Positions 27,654-37,180 are shown, counted from the first letter of the stretch. The stretch: DNA of 59,221 nucleotides from Thermoleophilia bacterium (GCA_014874175.1 JACWAD010000048.1:1-59221); one strand, 5' to 3'. The notes: generated by a model from the letters alone, not told the origin. Program-made: numbers and translations.

Positions 27654-28419
27654 AATCCTGATGCAGCTTGCCGGGGGCAGGATTGGCGTCGACGAGGCGC
27701 AGGCACAGCTGATGGCGTCGGGCGTTCTCACCGTGGGCGACTTCGCCAGGCTTGACACCGGCCGCCTCCGGCGCAAGGGCGTCCCCGAGATCATCTTTGC
27801 CCCCGGGAAGACGGTCGGGCAACTGCTTCAAATCGCTGGCAGCCTGCTCGAGGCTGCCGGGCGCGTCATCATCGCGTCATTTGATGAGAAGCAGAAAGAT
27901 GCCATTGACTCCCGCTTCCCCGGGATGATTGCCGCCGGCAATATGGAAACCGGAGCCATTGTCCTGGCAAAACCGGACGGTCAGCTTCCGGCAAAAGGAG
28001 GAGCCATTGGCGTCCTCTCCGCAGGCACTGCCGACGTGCCTGCCTGTGAGCAGGCGCGCATTGTAGCCGAAGAGATGGGCTGCCGGGTAATGAAGGCGTA
28101 CGACGTCGGCGTTGCCGGCGTGCACCGCCTGGTGGGGCCGCTGGGTGAGATGATGGAGGCGGGCGTGGCGGCGCTGGTCGTGGCCGCCGGTATGGAGGGG
28201 GCCCTGCCCTCTGTTGTTGCCGGCCTGGTGCCGGTGCCAGTGATCGGTCTTCCTGTTTCGTCAGGATACGGCCTGGGAGGGGGCGGCGTTACCGCCCTTT
28301 TGGCGATGCTGCAAAGCTGCTGTCCCGGCCTCGTCGTTGTCAATATCGACAACGGAATTGGCGCCGGCGCCACGGCTGCTCTGATAGCAAACCGGGCGGC
28401 TCCGCAAAAACCTGCCTGA
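27610..28419 (+). CDS. larB: LarB-like (PurE-fold) nickel-pincer cofactor biosynthesis carboxylase/hydrolase
   Basis: DFARLDTGRLRRKGVPEIIFAPGKT...GVLSAGTADVPACEQARIVAEEMGC...YDVGVAGVHRL. It overlaps the upstream gene by 44 nt. Confidence 0.82.
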   Translation: MPSGSWKETLQSLHEILMQLAGGRIGVDEAQAQLMASGVLTVGDFARLDTGRLRRKGVPEIIFAPGKTVGQLLQIAGSLLEAAGRVIIASFDEKQKDAIDSRFPGMIAAGNMETGAIVLAKPDGQLPAKGGAIGVLSAGTADVPACEQARIVAEEMGCRVMKAYDVGVAGVHRLVGPLGEMMEAGVAALVVAAGMEGALPSVVAGLVPVPVIGLPVSSGYGLGGGGVTALLAMLQSCCPGLVVVNIDNGIGAGATAALIANRAAPQKPA

Positions 28420-28543
28420 GGCATGCCTGCCCGCCGGCATTTTCCCGAGTTACGGAAATACTCTTGCGGGCTCTAATGCCTCCCATTTCCGGCACCGATA
28501 AAAATATACAGGAAGTTTAACAGCCAAATTCCGGGCCGTTCCC

Positions 28544-29029
28544 ATGATTTCACTCACATTCGCCAACGCGCTTAGGGAAAACCAGCACGAGGTGCTGGAG
28601 AGGTGGCTCAGGGATTGTCACGGCCACGTTGCAGAAGATTTCGAGCAGATGCTGGGCACGCCCATGGGTCACGCGATTGCCATCACTTTATTAGGCCTGG
28701 CTGTGGAGCTGATGGGATCGGAAGAATACCAGCGCCCGCAGATCCTGCACCGCGCCCGCCAGGCGGCCCAGGACGACGCTTACCGCCGTACCGCTGTCGG
28801 GTTTTGCCTTGCCGATCTTGTCACCAACGCCTGCAGTTTCCGCGCCGCTTTGGAGGAAACGATTTTTAATCACGTCTTGCCCGGCTCGGCAGAACAGATT
28901 GAGGAGCTGCGCCACGCGGTAATGGCGCTGGGCAGCTTCGGAGACTGCCTGGTAGCGGGCGAGATAGCCGGCTATTTTGCCTACCGCCAGTTCAGCGAGA
29001 AAGACGAAGGGGACGGCCGGGCAACCTAG
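28544..29029 (+). CDS. Hypothetical protein (161 aa), possibly an RsbR-N-like helical sensor domain
   Basis: The long ORF has coding-like composition and an EVLERWL... N-terminus. There is no clear SD, and the family assignment is only a guess. Confidence 0.45.
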   Translation: MISLTFANALRENQHEVLERWLRDCHGHVAEDFEQMLGTPMGHAIAITLLGLAVELMGSEEYQRPQILHRARQAAQDDAYRRTAVGFCLADLVTNACSFRAALEETIFNHVLPGSAEQIEELRHAVMALGSFGDCLVAGEIAGYFAYRQFSEKDEGDGRAT

Positions 29030-29055
29030 CAATGAACATGAAACGATAAACATTT

Positions 29056-30054
29056 CTAGAACAATGTCAACCCGTTCTCTCTCCAGACTCCCATCCGCCT
29101 GAACTTCATGTAACGCTCCTGCTTCCTTTTTTGGGGGGGGGCCGTTTCCAGCTCCCGCAGGTTGTCTTCCAGCGCTTCCTTGACAATGTGAGCGGCGCCG
29201 GCGTGATCGCGATGGGCGCCGCCGCGCGGCTCCGGCAGCACCGCGTCGATAACACCCAGCTCCGCCACCCGGGATGACGTCAGCCTAAGCGTCTGCGCCG
29301 CCAGGTGCGCCTCAGCGGAGTCTTTCCACAAGATGGCGGCGCAGGACTCCGGAGAGATCACGGAATAAATGGAGTTTTCCAGCATCAGCACCCGGTCCGC
29401 CAGGCCCAGCGCCAGTGCGCCGCCGCTGCCGCCCTCGCCGATAATGACAGCGACGGTGGGTACATCAAGGCGAGCCATGCAAAGAAGCGTGGCAGCTATT
29501 GCCCCTGCCTGGCCCCGCTCCTCGGCGGCCACGCCCGGATAGGCGCCTGGCGTATCTATCATGGTAAAAACAGGAACGCCAAACTTGCCCGCCAGCTCCA
29601 TCAGCCGCTGCGCCTTGCGGTAGCCCTCCGGGCGCGGCATGCCGAAGTTTCGCCTGGTGCGGGCGGCCAGGTCGCGGCCCTTTTGGTGTCCTATAACCAT
29701 AATCGTGCGGCCCATGTAGGCGGCCAGGCCGCCGACCATGGCCGCATCGTCGGAGAAGCAGCGGTCGCCGGCAAGCTCGATGAAACCGGGGAACATATGG
29801 TGAATATAATCAAGTGTGTATGGCCGCTGGGCGTGACGGGCAAGCTCGACCTTGTCCCAGACCGCCTTATCCACATGACGGCTTAAACCCAGCTCCCGCA
29901 GCCTGTGGGTAATCTTTGCTATCTCATCCTTTAAGTGAACGCCAGGAAGAGTTGGCAAGCGCTTTAATTCTGCCAAGCGCCCCTGCAAGCGGCCCTCCTC
30001 GTCCTGGACGGCCCTCTTCTTCCTCCCAAAGGGGCTCAAGGGCACAGGCGACAC
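29056..30054 (-). CDS. accA: Acetyl-CoA carboxylase carboxyltransferase subunit alpha
   Basis: RPYTLDYIHHMF...GHQKGRD...RNFGMPRPEGYRKAQRLMELA...IDTPGAYPG parallels B. subtilis AccA. The annotated start overlaps accD by 131 nt. Confidence 0.92.
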   Translation of the reverse strand: MSPVPLSPFGRKKRAVQDEEGRLQGRLAELKRLPTLPGVHLKDEIAKITHRLRELGLSRHVDKAVWDKVELARHAQRPYTLDYIHHMFPGFIELAGDRCFSDDAAMVGGLAAYMGRTIMVIGHQKGRDLAARTRRNFGMPRPEGYRKAQRLMELAGKFGVPVFTMIDTPGAYPGVAAEERGQAGAIAATLLCMARLDVPTVAVIIGEGGSGGALALGLADRVLMLENSIYSVISPESCAAILWKDSAEAHLAAQTLRLTSSRVAELGVIDAVLPEPRGGAHRDHAGAAHIVKEALEDNLRELETAPPQKRKQERYMKFRRMGVWRENGLTLF

Positions 30055-30877
30055 CCCCTTCCAACATCCCCAGAACCTGCACCAGTTTGTCCTTAAGCTG
30101 ACTGCGGGGCACGATCATGTCGATTTGGCCGTGGCTTAAGTTGGACTCCGCCAGGCCGAAATCGTCGGGCAGCCTCTCCTTGATCGTCTGCTCGATCACG
30201 CGCGGCCCGGAAAAGCAGAGCATCGCCCCTGGCTCGGATATAATGACATCAGCAAGAGTGGCGAAGCTGGCCAGCACCCCGCCGGTAGTCGGGTGGGTCA
30301 GAATCGAGACAAAAGGAACCGGCACCCGTGACATGAGCTCCACGGCGCAGGTTGTTTTCGCCATCTGCAGCAAGGAGAGTATTCCTTCCTGCATGCGGGC
30401 GCCTCCGGATGCACAGACTGCCACCAGAGGGAAACGGTTCTGGATGGCCGTGTCCGCCGCCCGCCAGAATTTCTCGCCGACAACACTGCCCATGCTGCCG
30501 CCCATAAAGCTGAAATCCATCGCCACCAGCACCACGTCCATCTTGTGAATGCAGCAGGTGCCGGCGATCATCGCCTCGCCCAGGCCCGTATCGTACTCGG
30601 CCTCCTCGATGCGGTCTGGATAGGGCCTTAAGTCAAAAAATTCAAGCGGATCGGCCGAGCGGAGGCTGGCGGCGATCTCCTCCCAGGTGCCGCTGTCGGC
30701 AAGCATTGCCACCCGCTCCCTGGCGCCGACACGGAAATGATGGCCGCAGTTTGGGCAGACATGGAAATTTTCCCTAAGCTCGGCGGCGCTGAGTAGCTGC
30801 TTGCAGAGAGGACAGCTCTCGGCATCCCCCGATGCTCCGTTGCGGCGGCTGATATTGATCGAAACTCGCTGCGCCAT
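29924..30877 (-). CDS. accD: Acetyl-CoA carboxylase carboxyltransferase subunit beta
   Basis: It has an N-terminal zinc ribbon (CPLCKQ...CPNCGHH) followed by the carboxyltransferase fold (MGGSMGSVVGEK). Confidence 0.92.
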   Translation of the reverse strand: MAQRVSINISRRNGASGDAESCPLCKQLLSAAELRENFHVCPNCGHHFRVGARERVAMLADSGTWEEIAASLRSADPLEFFDLRPYPDRIEEAEYDTGLGEAMIAGTCCIHKMDVVLVAMDFSFMGGSMGSVVGEKFWRAADTAIQNRFPLVAVCASGGARMQEGILSLLQMAKTTCAVELMSRVPVPFVSILTHPTTGGVLASFATLADVIISEPGAMLCFSGPRVIEQTIKERLPDDFGLAESNLSHGQIDMIVPRSQLKDKLVQVLGMLEGGVACALEPLWEEEEGRPGRGGPLAGALGRIKALANSSWRSLKG

Positions 30878-30886
30878 TTACCTGCC

Positions 30887-32146
30887 TCAGGGAGCCTTAA
30901 ACACAAGCGTGACATTATGGCCGCCAAACCCGAATGAATTGGAAGCGGCCACCTTTACCTGCCTGCGGCGGGAGGCGTTGGCAATGTAGTCCAGGTCGCA
31001 CTCTGGATCCGGGTTGTCCAGATTGATCGTCGGCGGCACGACGCCCCGGTCAATTGCCAGGATGCAGGCCGCTGCCTCCAGGGCCCCGGAGGCCCCCAGG
31101 CAGTGGCCCATCATTGATTTTGTGGAGCTGATTGCAACCTCTCCCGCATGATCGCCAAGAGCAATCTTGATGCTTTTTGTCTCAATCGCGTCCCCCGGAG
31201 GGGTTGACGTCCCGTGGGCGTTGATGTAGTCGACGTCGGCGGGCTTGAGCCCTGCCTCAGCAAGCGCCGCCAGCATTGCCCGGGCCTGGTTCTCGCCGCT
31301 GGGCTCCGGCAGGCTCATGTGGTAGGCGTCGCCGGTCATGCCGTAACCGGCCACCTCGGCCCAGATGCGGGCGCCGCGGTCCACAGCCCGCTGCCGCTCC
31401 TCCAGCACCAGAATTGCCGACCCTTCTCCCATCACGAAGCCGTCGCGCTCAAGGTCAAAAGGGCGGCTGGCCTTCCCCGGCTCATCGTTACGGATTGAAA
31501 GCGCCCCCATCTGCGCGAAAGCGGCAATGCCAACCGGCGTCACCGCCGCCTCGCTGCCACCCGTGAGCATCACGTCGGCGGCGCCGCGCCTGATAATCTC
31601 GAAGGCGTCGCCGATGGCGTTGGCCGCCGCCGAGCAGGCGGTGCATACGGTGCTCACCGGCCCCCTGGCCCCCAGGTGCATGGATACCTGGGCAGAAGCC
31701 ATATTGGCGATCTCCATCGGGATAAAGAACGGGCTGATCCGGTCCGGCCCTTTCTCCATCAGCACAGCCGTTTCTTTCTCAAAGGTCTTGACGCCGCCGA
31801 TACCGCTGGCGACAAGCACGCCCACCCGCTCGGGGTCCCGGGCCACGTCCAGATCCGCATGCCGGGCCGCCATCAGCGCCGCCGCTACGGAAAGCTGCGA
31901 GAAGCGGTCCATACGGCGGGCGCTCTTGCGGTCCACGTAATCGGTCGGCTCAAACGCCTCGACCTCGGCGGCGATGCGAACCTTGAAGCCGCGCGCATTA
32001 AACTGGGTGATCGGCCCCACGCCGGACCGGCCCGCAGCAAGCGCATCCCAGTACTCTTCCACCCCGGTTCCCAGGGGGGAGACGATGCCCATGCCGGTGA
32101 CAACGACGCGCCGCAAAGCCGATGGTGGAAGCATCCGGTTTTTCAT
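30887..32146 (-). CDS. fabF: Beta-ketoacyl-ACP synthase II
   Basis: 419 aa. The active-site Cys context is VSTVCTACSAAANAIG, with the HGTSTP and GHCLGASG motifs. Confidence 0.95.
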   Translation of the reverse strand: MKNRMLPPSALRRVVVTGMGIVSPLGTGVEEYWDALAAGRSGVGPITQFNARGFKVRIAAEVEAFEPTDYVDRKSARRMDRFSQLSVAAALMAARHADLDVARDPERVGVLVASGIGGVKTFEKETAVLMEKGPDRISPFFIPMEIANMASAQVSMHLGARGPVSTVCTACSAAANAIGDAFEIIRRGAADVMLTGGSEAAVTPVGIAAFAQMGALSIRNDEPGKASRPFDLERDGFVMGEGSAILVLEERQRAVDRGARIWAEVAGYGMTGDAYHMSLPEPSGENQARAMLAALAEAGLKPADVDYINAHGTSTPPGDAIETKSIKIALGDHAGEVAISSTKSMMGHCLGASGALEAAACILAIDRGVVPPTINLDNPDPECDLDYIANASRRRQVKVAASNSFGFGGHNVTLVFKAP

Positions 32147-32910
32147 ATCCCCAGCCCCCCGTCCACAGGGATGACGCCGCCGGTGATGTAGGCGGCGGCG
32201 GGCGAGGCCAGGAAGGCAATCACCCCGGCTATTTCCGCCGGGGCCGCCAGCCGGCCCAAGGGCGTGTTTTTGATAATTTGTTCTTTCATGCCATCGGCCA
32301 GATTGGCGGTCATGTCGGTCTCAACATAGCCGGGGGCGACGGCGTTGACACGCACGCCCCGCGGCCCCAGCTCCCGCGCCAGGGACCTGGTAAGCCCGAT
32401 CAGGCCCGCCTTGGCGGCGGCATAGTTGGCCTGGCCGGCATTGCCCCGCCGGCCAACGACGCTGGAAACGTTGATGATAACACCCCGGCGCGCCTTCATC
32501 ATCCCCCGGGCGACAGCCTTGCTGCACAGGAAAGCGCCTCTCAGGCTGGCGGCGATGACATCATCAAAATCTTCCCCGCTCATGCGCACCAGCAGCGAGT
32601 CGCGGGTGATGCCGGCGTTGTTGACCAGGATGGAAACCTGCCCCAGCACGGATTCGATCTTTTCAATCATGACGTCCACCTGGCCGGCGTCGCCGGCGTC
32701 GCCTCCCACCGCCATCAGGCGAGCTCCACCGGCAGCCAGCCTGCCGGCGAGTGTTTCCGCCGCCTCCCTGCTGCTGCGGTAATTCAGCGCTACGCTTGCC
32801 CCTGCCCGGGCCAGCGCTTCAGCGGTTGCGGCGCCAATGCCTCGGGAAGCGCCGGTAACAAGAGCAACTTCGCCTGCAAGTGAAAGCATGTTTGGTTGCA
32901 TGTCAACCAT
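32143..32910 (-). CDS. fabG: 3-oxoacyl-ACP reductase
   Basis: It is an SDR with VTGASRGIG, NNAG and YAAAKAG. Its stop overlaps the fabF start (ATGA), so no acpP lies between them. Confidence 0.92.
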   Translation of the reverse strand: MVDMQPNMLSLAGEVALVTGASRGIGAATAEALARAGASVALNYRSSREAAETLAGRLAAGGARLMAVGGDAGDAGQVDVMIEKIESVLGQVSILVNNAGITRDSLLVRMSGEDFDDVIAASLRGAFLCSKAVARGMMKARRGVIINVSSVVGRRGNAGQANYAAAKAGLIGLTRSLARELGPRGVRVNAVAPGYVETDMTANLADGMKEQIIKNTPLGRLAAPAEIAGVIAFLASPAAAYITGGVIPVDGGLGI

Positions 32911-33831
32911 TCAAATTTCCTCACTCCGAACTTGATTCAGGCTGGCGGGGTCAGAAACGCTGGCTGCGGCAACATCCGGGTTGATCCTCCGGATAAGGCC
33001 GGTTAAAACTTTCCCGCTTCCGACTTCAAGAAACCTGTCCACGCCGTCTGCGATCATCTCCTCCACAGCCTGGCGCCAGCGGACCGGGGAGACCATCTGG
33101 CTCACAAGCAGTCCGGCAAGGCCCTCGGCCGGCTCGTAACGGCAGCTAATTGAAGAAAAGAACGGCGGCCGCGGCTCCTGAAACCGGGCTGCCTCCAGGC
33201 GCTTCTTCATCTCGCCGGCAGCGCTTCGCATGTAGGGACTATGGAAAGCGCCGCTCACCGGCAGCTCCACCGTCCTTAGGGCGCCGGCCTCCCGCGCCCT
33301 CGCCGCCGCCCTGCGCACCGACTCCATGGCGCCGCTAATCACCACCTGCCCCGCAGAGTTGTAATTAACCGGCCAGACCTCGCCCGCCTGAGCGCAAATG
33401 GCCTCGACTTCAGCGTCCTTTAGGCCGAGCACCGCCGCCATGGAGCCGGGCCGCTCCCGGGCGGCCTCGGCCATCGCCTTCCCGCGCGCCGCCACCAGCT
33501 CCAGTCCTTCCTCAAAGCTGACGGCGCCCGCCGCCGCCAGGGCGCTGTATTCTCCCAGGCTGTGTCCGCTAACAACATCCCCGGTGACGCCGCTTTTCTT
33601 TAAAACCTCCATTACGGCCATGCTGTTGACATAGAGCGCTACCTGGGCAAAGCCGGTCTGGTTCAGCTTTGCTTCCGGACCGTTAAAGGAAACGTCGGCC
33701 ACATGCCAGCCAACTACCTCGCCGGCGCGGCGGTAGATATCGGCGGCAGCCTCATGCTCAACCGCAAGATCGGCGCCCATACCCGGCTTCTGGGAGCCCT
33801 GACCGGGAAAGACCAGTGCCAGCTTACCCAT
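32911..33831 (-). CDS. fabD: Malonyl CoA-ACP transacylase
   Basis: It has FPGQGSQKPGMG and the GHSLGEYSAL nucleophile elbow. Confidence 0.93.
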   Translation of the reverse strand: MGKLALVFPGQGSQKPGMGADLAVEHEAAADIYRRAGEVVGWHVADVSFNGPEAKLNQTGFAQVALYVNSMAVMEVLKKSGVTGDVVSGHSLGEYSALAAAGAVSFEEGLELVAARGKAMAEAARERPGSMAAVLGLKDAEVEAICAQAGEVWPVNYNSAGQVVISGAMESVRRAAARAREAGALRTVELPVSGAFHSPYMRSAAGEMKKRLEAARFQEPRPPFFSSISCRYEPAEGLAGLLVSQMVSPVRWRQAVEEMIADGVDRFLEVGSGKVLTGLIRRINPDVAAASVSDPASLNQVRSEEI

Positions 33832-33847
33832 GGTTCCCCGTCACCGG

Positions 33848-34804
33848 CTAGAGCTCCATCCGGGCCGGCAGCTCCCGGGCCAGCTCCTCCGCCTCAGCGA
33901 TGATCTCGGCGATGATCCCGGCGGCGGGCTGAATTTTTTCCACCAGCGCGACGCACTGGCCCGCCATCATTGAGCCGTCCATGGTGTTGCCCTCGCACAT
34001 TGCCTCGCGCAGCTTGCCCAGTCCCAGGTTCTCGACATCCATGGCGGTGCACTCGCCGGCAATGAATTTCTTTTCCCATTCTCCGTAGGTGCTTGCAAGC
34101 TTGTTCTTGATTGTCCTCACCGGATAGCCGATGCTGCGCGCCGTCACCACGGTGGCGCGGTCTCCGGCTCTCAGAAATTTTTCCTTCACGGCGGCATGCA
34201 CGGTGCACTCTGCGGCGACGACAAAACGCGTTCCCAACTGCACTCCTTCGGCCCCCAGCGCAAAGGCGGCCACCACGCCGGCGCCGCCGGCTATGCCGCC
34301 GGCCGCAATTACAGGAATATCAACCGACCGGGCCACCAGCGGCGTCAGCACCATGGTCGTGGTCTCGCCTATATGCCCACCGGATTCGGTTCCCTCGGCT
34401 ACGACCGCGTCAGCGCCATGCTCCTCGGCCCGGCGGGCGATCGCCGCCGCGGCCACCACCGGCAGGACTTTTATTCCTTTTGCTTTCAGGCCGGAGATAA
34501 CCGCCGTGCTCTTGACCGCACCCAGGGTGACTACGGGCGGGGCCTCGTCAAGCACTACCTCAAGCTGCCGCTCGAACTCGGGATTGATCATGATCAGATT
34601 GACACCGAAAGGACGATTGGTCAACAGGCGTGTTTTCCTGATCTCCTCACCCAGCAGCTCCGCCGGCATGGCGCCAGCGCCGATTATGCCCAGTCCCCCG
34701 GCATTGGAGACTGCCGCAGCCAGCCCCGCCTCGCTGACCCAGGTCATTCCTCCCTGGAGGATGGGGTGGTCGATGCCTAATATTTCACATACTCTGTTGG
34801 GCAT
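33848..34804 (-). CDS. fabK: Enoyl-ACP reductase FabK (NMO/2-nitropropane dioxygenase fold)
   Basis: ILGIDHPILQGGMTWVS..., a flavin-binding TIM-barrel pattern, in a fab operon context. There is no SD before the ATG. Confidence 0.85.
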   Translation of the reverse strand: MPNRVCEILGIDHPILQGGMTWVSEAGLAAAVSNAGGLGIIGAGAMPAELLGEEIRKTRLLTNRPFGVNLIMINPEFERQLEVVLDEAPPVVTLGAVKSTAVISGLKAKGIKVLPVVAAAAIARRAEEHGADAVVAEGTESGGHIGETTTMVLTPLVARSVDIPVIAAGGIAGGAGVVAAFALGAEGVQLGTRFVVAAECTVHAAVKEKFLRAGDRATVVTARSIGYPVRTIKNKLASTYGEWEKKFIAGECTAMDVENLGLGKLREAMCEGNTMDGSMMAGQCVALVEKIQPAAGIIAEIIAEAEELARELPARMEL

Positions 34805-34815
34805 AACGCACGTTT

Positions 34816-34861
34816 AGCGTTTCACGAAAAACCATTTCTACCACGTTAAACGTGAAACGTT
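34816..34861 (-). promoter_or_regulatory. Inverted-repeat / palindrome cluster in the fabH-fabK spacer
   Basis: AGCGTTTCACG (34816-26) pairs with CGTGAAACGTT (34851-61), an 11-bp stem with one G-U. A separate palindrome, CACGTT-A-AACGTG (34842-54), overlaps its right arm. Confidence 0.4.
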
Positions 34862-34894
34862 GTCGCCTTCTGCATTACTTATCATGCCACCATA

Positions 34895-35884
34895 CTACCA
34901 TCTTGCCAAACATGAGCCCCACGAAAGTCCAGCGCCAAATCCGGTCATCAGCACCAGGTCTCCCTTTCTCAACCTGCCCTGGCGCTCAGCTTCATCCAGG
35001 CAGAGAGGGATAGAGGCGCAGGAGGTGTTGCCGTAGCGCTCGATGTTGGAAAAAACCTTCCCAGGCTCAAAGCCCAGCTTGCGGGCGGCCACGTCAATGA
35101 TACGGATGTTGGCCTGGTGAGGAATGAAAATGTCCACGTCCTCCATCCGCAGACCGTGACCTTCCACAACCCGGCGCGCAGACTCGCTCACTATCCTCGT
35201 GGCGAAGCGGAACACCTCCCGGCCGTTCATGCGCAGGAAATGCTGCCGGCCCGATACTGTTTCCTGACTGGCCGGCAGTCGCGAGCCTCCCGCGGGCAGG
35301 CTCAGCTCCGCGGCGCCGGCGGGGTCGTTGCCCAGGTCAAAGCCGATGATGCCTTCCCCCTCCCCGCTTGCCGGCTCCAGCAGCACTGCTCCGGCGCCGT
35401 CGCCAAAGAGCACCGCTGTTGCGCGGTCGCTCCAGTCTATCATCTTGGAGACTGCTTCGGCACCCACCACAAGCACTTTGTCCGCGCGGCCGCTGGCGAT
35501 GAAAGACTCGCCGGCCGCCAGGGCGTAAATGAAGCCGGTGCAGGCGGCAGAAATGTCAAAAGCGGCAGGGCTGCCGGCCCCGATGAGGCCGGAGATAAGA
35601 GAGGCGGTTGCCGGAAACAGCATGTCCGGCGAGAGGCTGGCTGTAATGATCATGTCAAGCTCTCCCGGCTGCGCCTGCGCCGCCTTGAGCGCCCGCCGGG
35701 CAGCCTCGGCGCCAAGGTCTGATGCCGCCTGCCCGTCCGCGGCTATGCGGCGCTGGCGGATGCCCGTGCGGGTCCCGATCCATTCATCCGAAGTGTCAAG
35801 GTTGAGGGAGAGATCATCGTTTGTGACGACGCGCTCCGGAACATAGGTGCCTACAGCGGCGACTTTGGCGCGGCGGCGTGTCAC
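34895..35884 (-). CDS. fabH: Beta-ketoacyl-ACP synthase III
   Basis: 329 aa with AACTGFIYAL (active Cys), HQANIRI and GNTSCASIP. Confidence 0.93.
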   Translation of the reverse strand: MTRRRAKVAAVGTYVPERVVTNDDLSLNLDTSDEWIGTRTGIRQRRIAADGQAASDLGAEAARRALKAAQAQPGELDMIITASLSPDMLFPATASLISGLIGAGSPAAFDISAACTGFIYALAAGESFIASGRADKVLVVGAEAVSKMIDWSDRATAVLFGDGAGAVLLEPASGEGEGIIGFDLGNDPAGAAELSLPAGGSRLPASQETVSGRQHFLRMNGREVFRFATRIVSESARRVVEGHGLRMEDVDIFIPHQANIRIIDVAARKLGFEPGKVFSNIERYGNTSCASIPLCLDEAERQGRLRKGDLVLMTGFGAGLSWGSCLARW

Positions 35885-35887
35885 GCC

Positions 35888-36415
35888 TTAACCTTCCCGC
35901 TCGGCAATGGCAAACGTCAGCGCGGCGCGGCAGGCAAGCTCGTTGCCCACAAAGGCTCTGGCCTCTGCACGGCCCACCGGCCCGCGCATCCTGGTCATCT
36001 CCACCTCAAGACGCAGGGTGTCTCCGGGAACGACCAGGCGTTTGAAGCGGACCCCGTCGATGCCGGCAAACAGCACCAGCTTGCCTTTGTTTTCCGGCAG
36101 CGACAGCGCCGCCACGGCGCCCGCCTGCGCCAGGGCCTCCACGATGAGGACGCCGGGCATGATCGGCCGGCCGGGAAAGTGGCCTTCAAAGAAGGGCTCG
36201 TCGCGGCGCAAATGCTTAACGGCGATTGTGCGCGCGCCCGGCGCCAGCTCCACAACCTCGTCCAGGAAGAGGAACGGGTCGCGGTGCGGGATAATCTCCT
36301 TGATTTGTTGTCGCGTAAGTCCGGTCACGGGAAAAGGTGTAGCTGCGGCGGCGGCAGGGAAATATTTGACAAAGACAAGCCGGTTCCAAGGCGGTCTCAG
36401 GAAAAAGCCGCACAA
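35888..36415 (-). CDS. fabZ: 3-hydroxyacyl-ACP dehydratase
   Basis: It has [14 protein letters not shown] and [16 protein letters not shown]. The true start may be the internal GTG ([12 protein letters not shown]), about 30 codons downstream of 36415. Confidence 0.88.
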   Translation of the reverse strand: MCGFFLRPPWNRLVFVKYFPAAAAATPFPVTGLTRQQIKEIIPHRDPFLFLDEVVELAPGARTIAVKHLRRDEPFFEGHFPGRPIMPGVLIVEALAQAGAVAALSLPENKGKLVLFAGIDGVRFKRLVVPGDTLRLEVEMTRMRGPVGRAEARAFVGNELACRAALTFAIAEREG

Positions 36416-36520
36416 CAGATTATCATATATGCATGGGGCTGCGGAAAAGCTGCTGCAACTTTCCCGCCTGGAGCCTATGCCACCAGGCCGTTCGTAGTGA
36501 GGCCGGCCAGCATGAGACGC

Positions 36521-37180
36521 CTAACGGGATACGTTTTTAAGCCGCAAGGCCAGCGCGCCAAAGCCGGCAAGACTGATTCCCGCCAGGAACAAGGCAGCTA
36601 TCCTGGCGCCGGTGTTGGGAAGTGTGGCTCCGCTGCCCGTATTTGCGGGGCCGGAGCTTACGAATGTATTGGTGGCGGCGCCGGTGCTGGCAGGCTGTGC
36701 CGTTGTGCCGGTCTGCTGTGAAGACATGTTTACGTCCAGGTAATTGAACGATTTATACAAACCCCCGTCGGCGCCAACGGCGGTGCCGCCCACTGGCCAG
36801 CCGGCAGTGAAGATGGGAATTGTTGCGTTGTCGCTTAAGCGTTTCACGTTGGCGGGCACGTTGAACTTGAATGACCAGTTGCCCTGGCTGTCTGTCACCG
36901 CCGTGCCCAGAATGGCATAGTAGGTCTGGCCATCGGCGGAATTCCTGCCGCCCATGCTCACCTCAAGCTCGGCGCTGGGAAGCTCTCCGGCGCCGGTAAT
37001 GGAAACGGAAGCGCCCGGTGCGGCTGTGCTGGGGTTCAAGCTGACTTTGCCGATAGTGTAAGCATTGGCGCCGACGCTGTAAGCGTCGGCGCTGGCGTTT
37101 CGGCCAAAGCTGCCCGCAAACAGCAAAATTGCCTTCATCAGAGATGAAGCTGAAATAAAAACGAGCCGCCTGGACCTCAT
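36521..37180 (-). CDS. LPXTG-anchored cell-surface protein
   Basis: It has an N-terminal signal peptide (MRSRRLVFISASSLMKAILLFAG...ASA). The C-terminal sorting signal is LPNTG plus a hydrophobic helix plus RLKNVSR. Confidence 0.8.
   Translation of the reverse strand: MRSRRLVFISASSLMKAILLFAGSFGRNASADAYSVGANAYTIGKVSLNPSTAAPGASVSITGAGELPSAELEVSMGGRNSADGQTYYAILGTAVTDSQGNWSFKFNVPANVKRLSDNATIPIFTAGWPVGGTAVGADGGLYKSFNYLDVNMSSQQTGTTAQPASTGAATNTFVSSGPANTGSGATLPNTGARIAALFLAGISLAGFGALALRLKNVSR

Noticed and set aside
32121-32133. Possible third copy of the GATGGTGGA motif (AAAGCCGATGGTGGAAGCA) at the fabF start
   Set aside because: Only the first 9 nt of the core match, and the site is inside coding sequence (MKNRMLPPSAL). 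This is consistent with chance.
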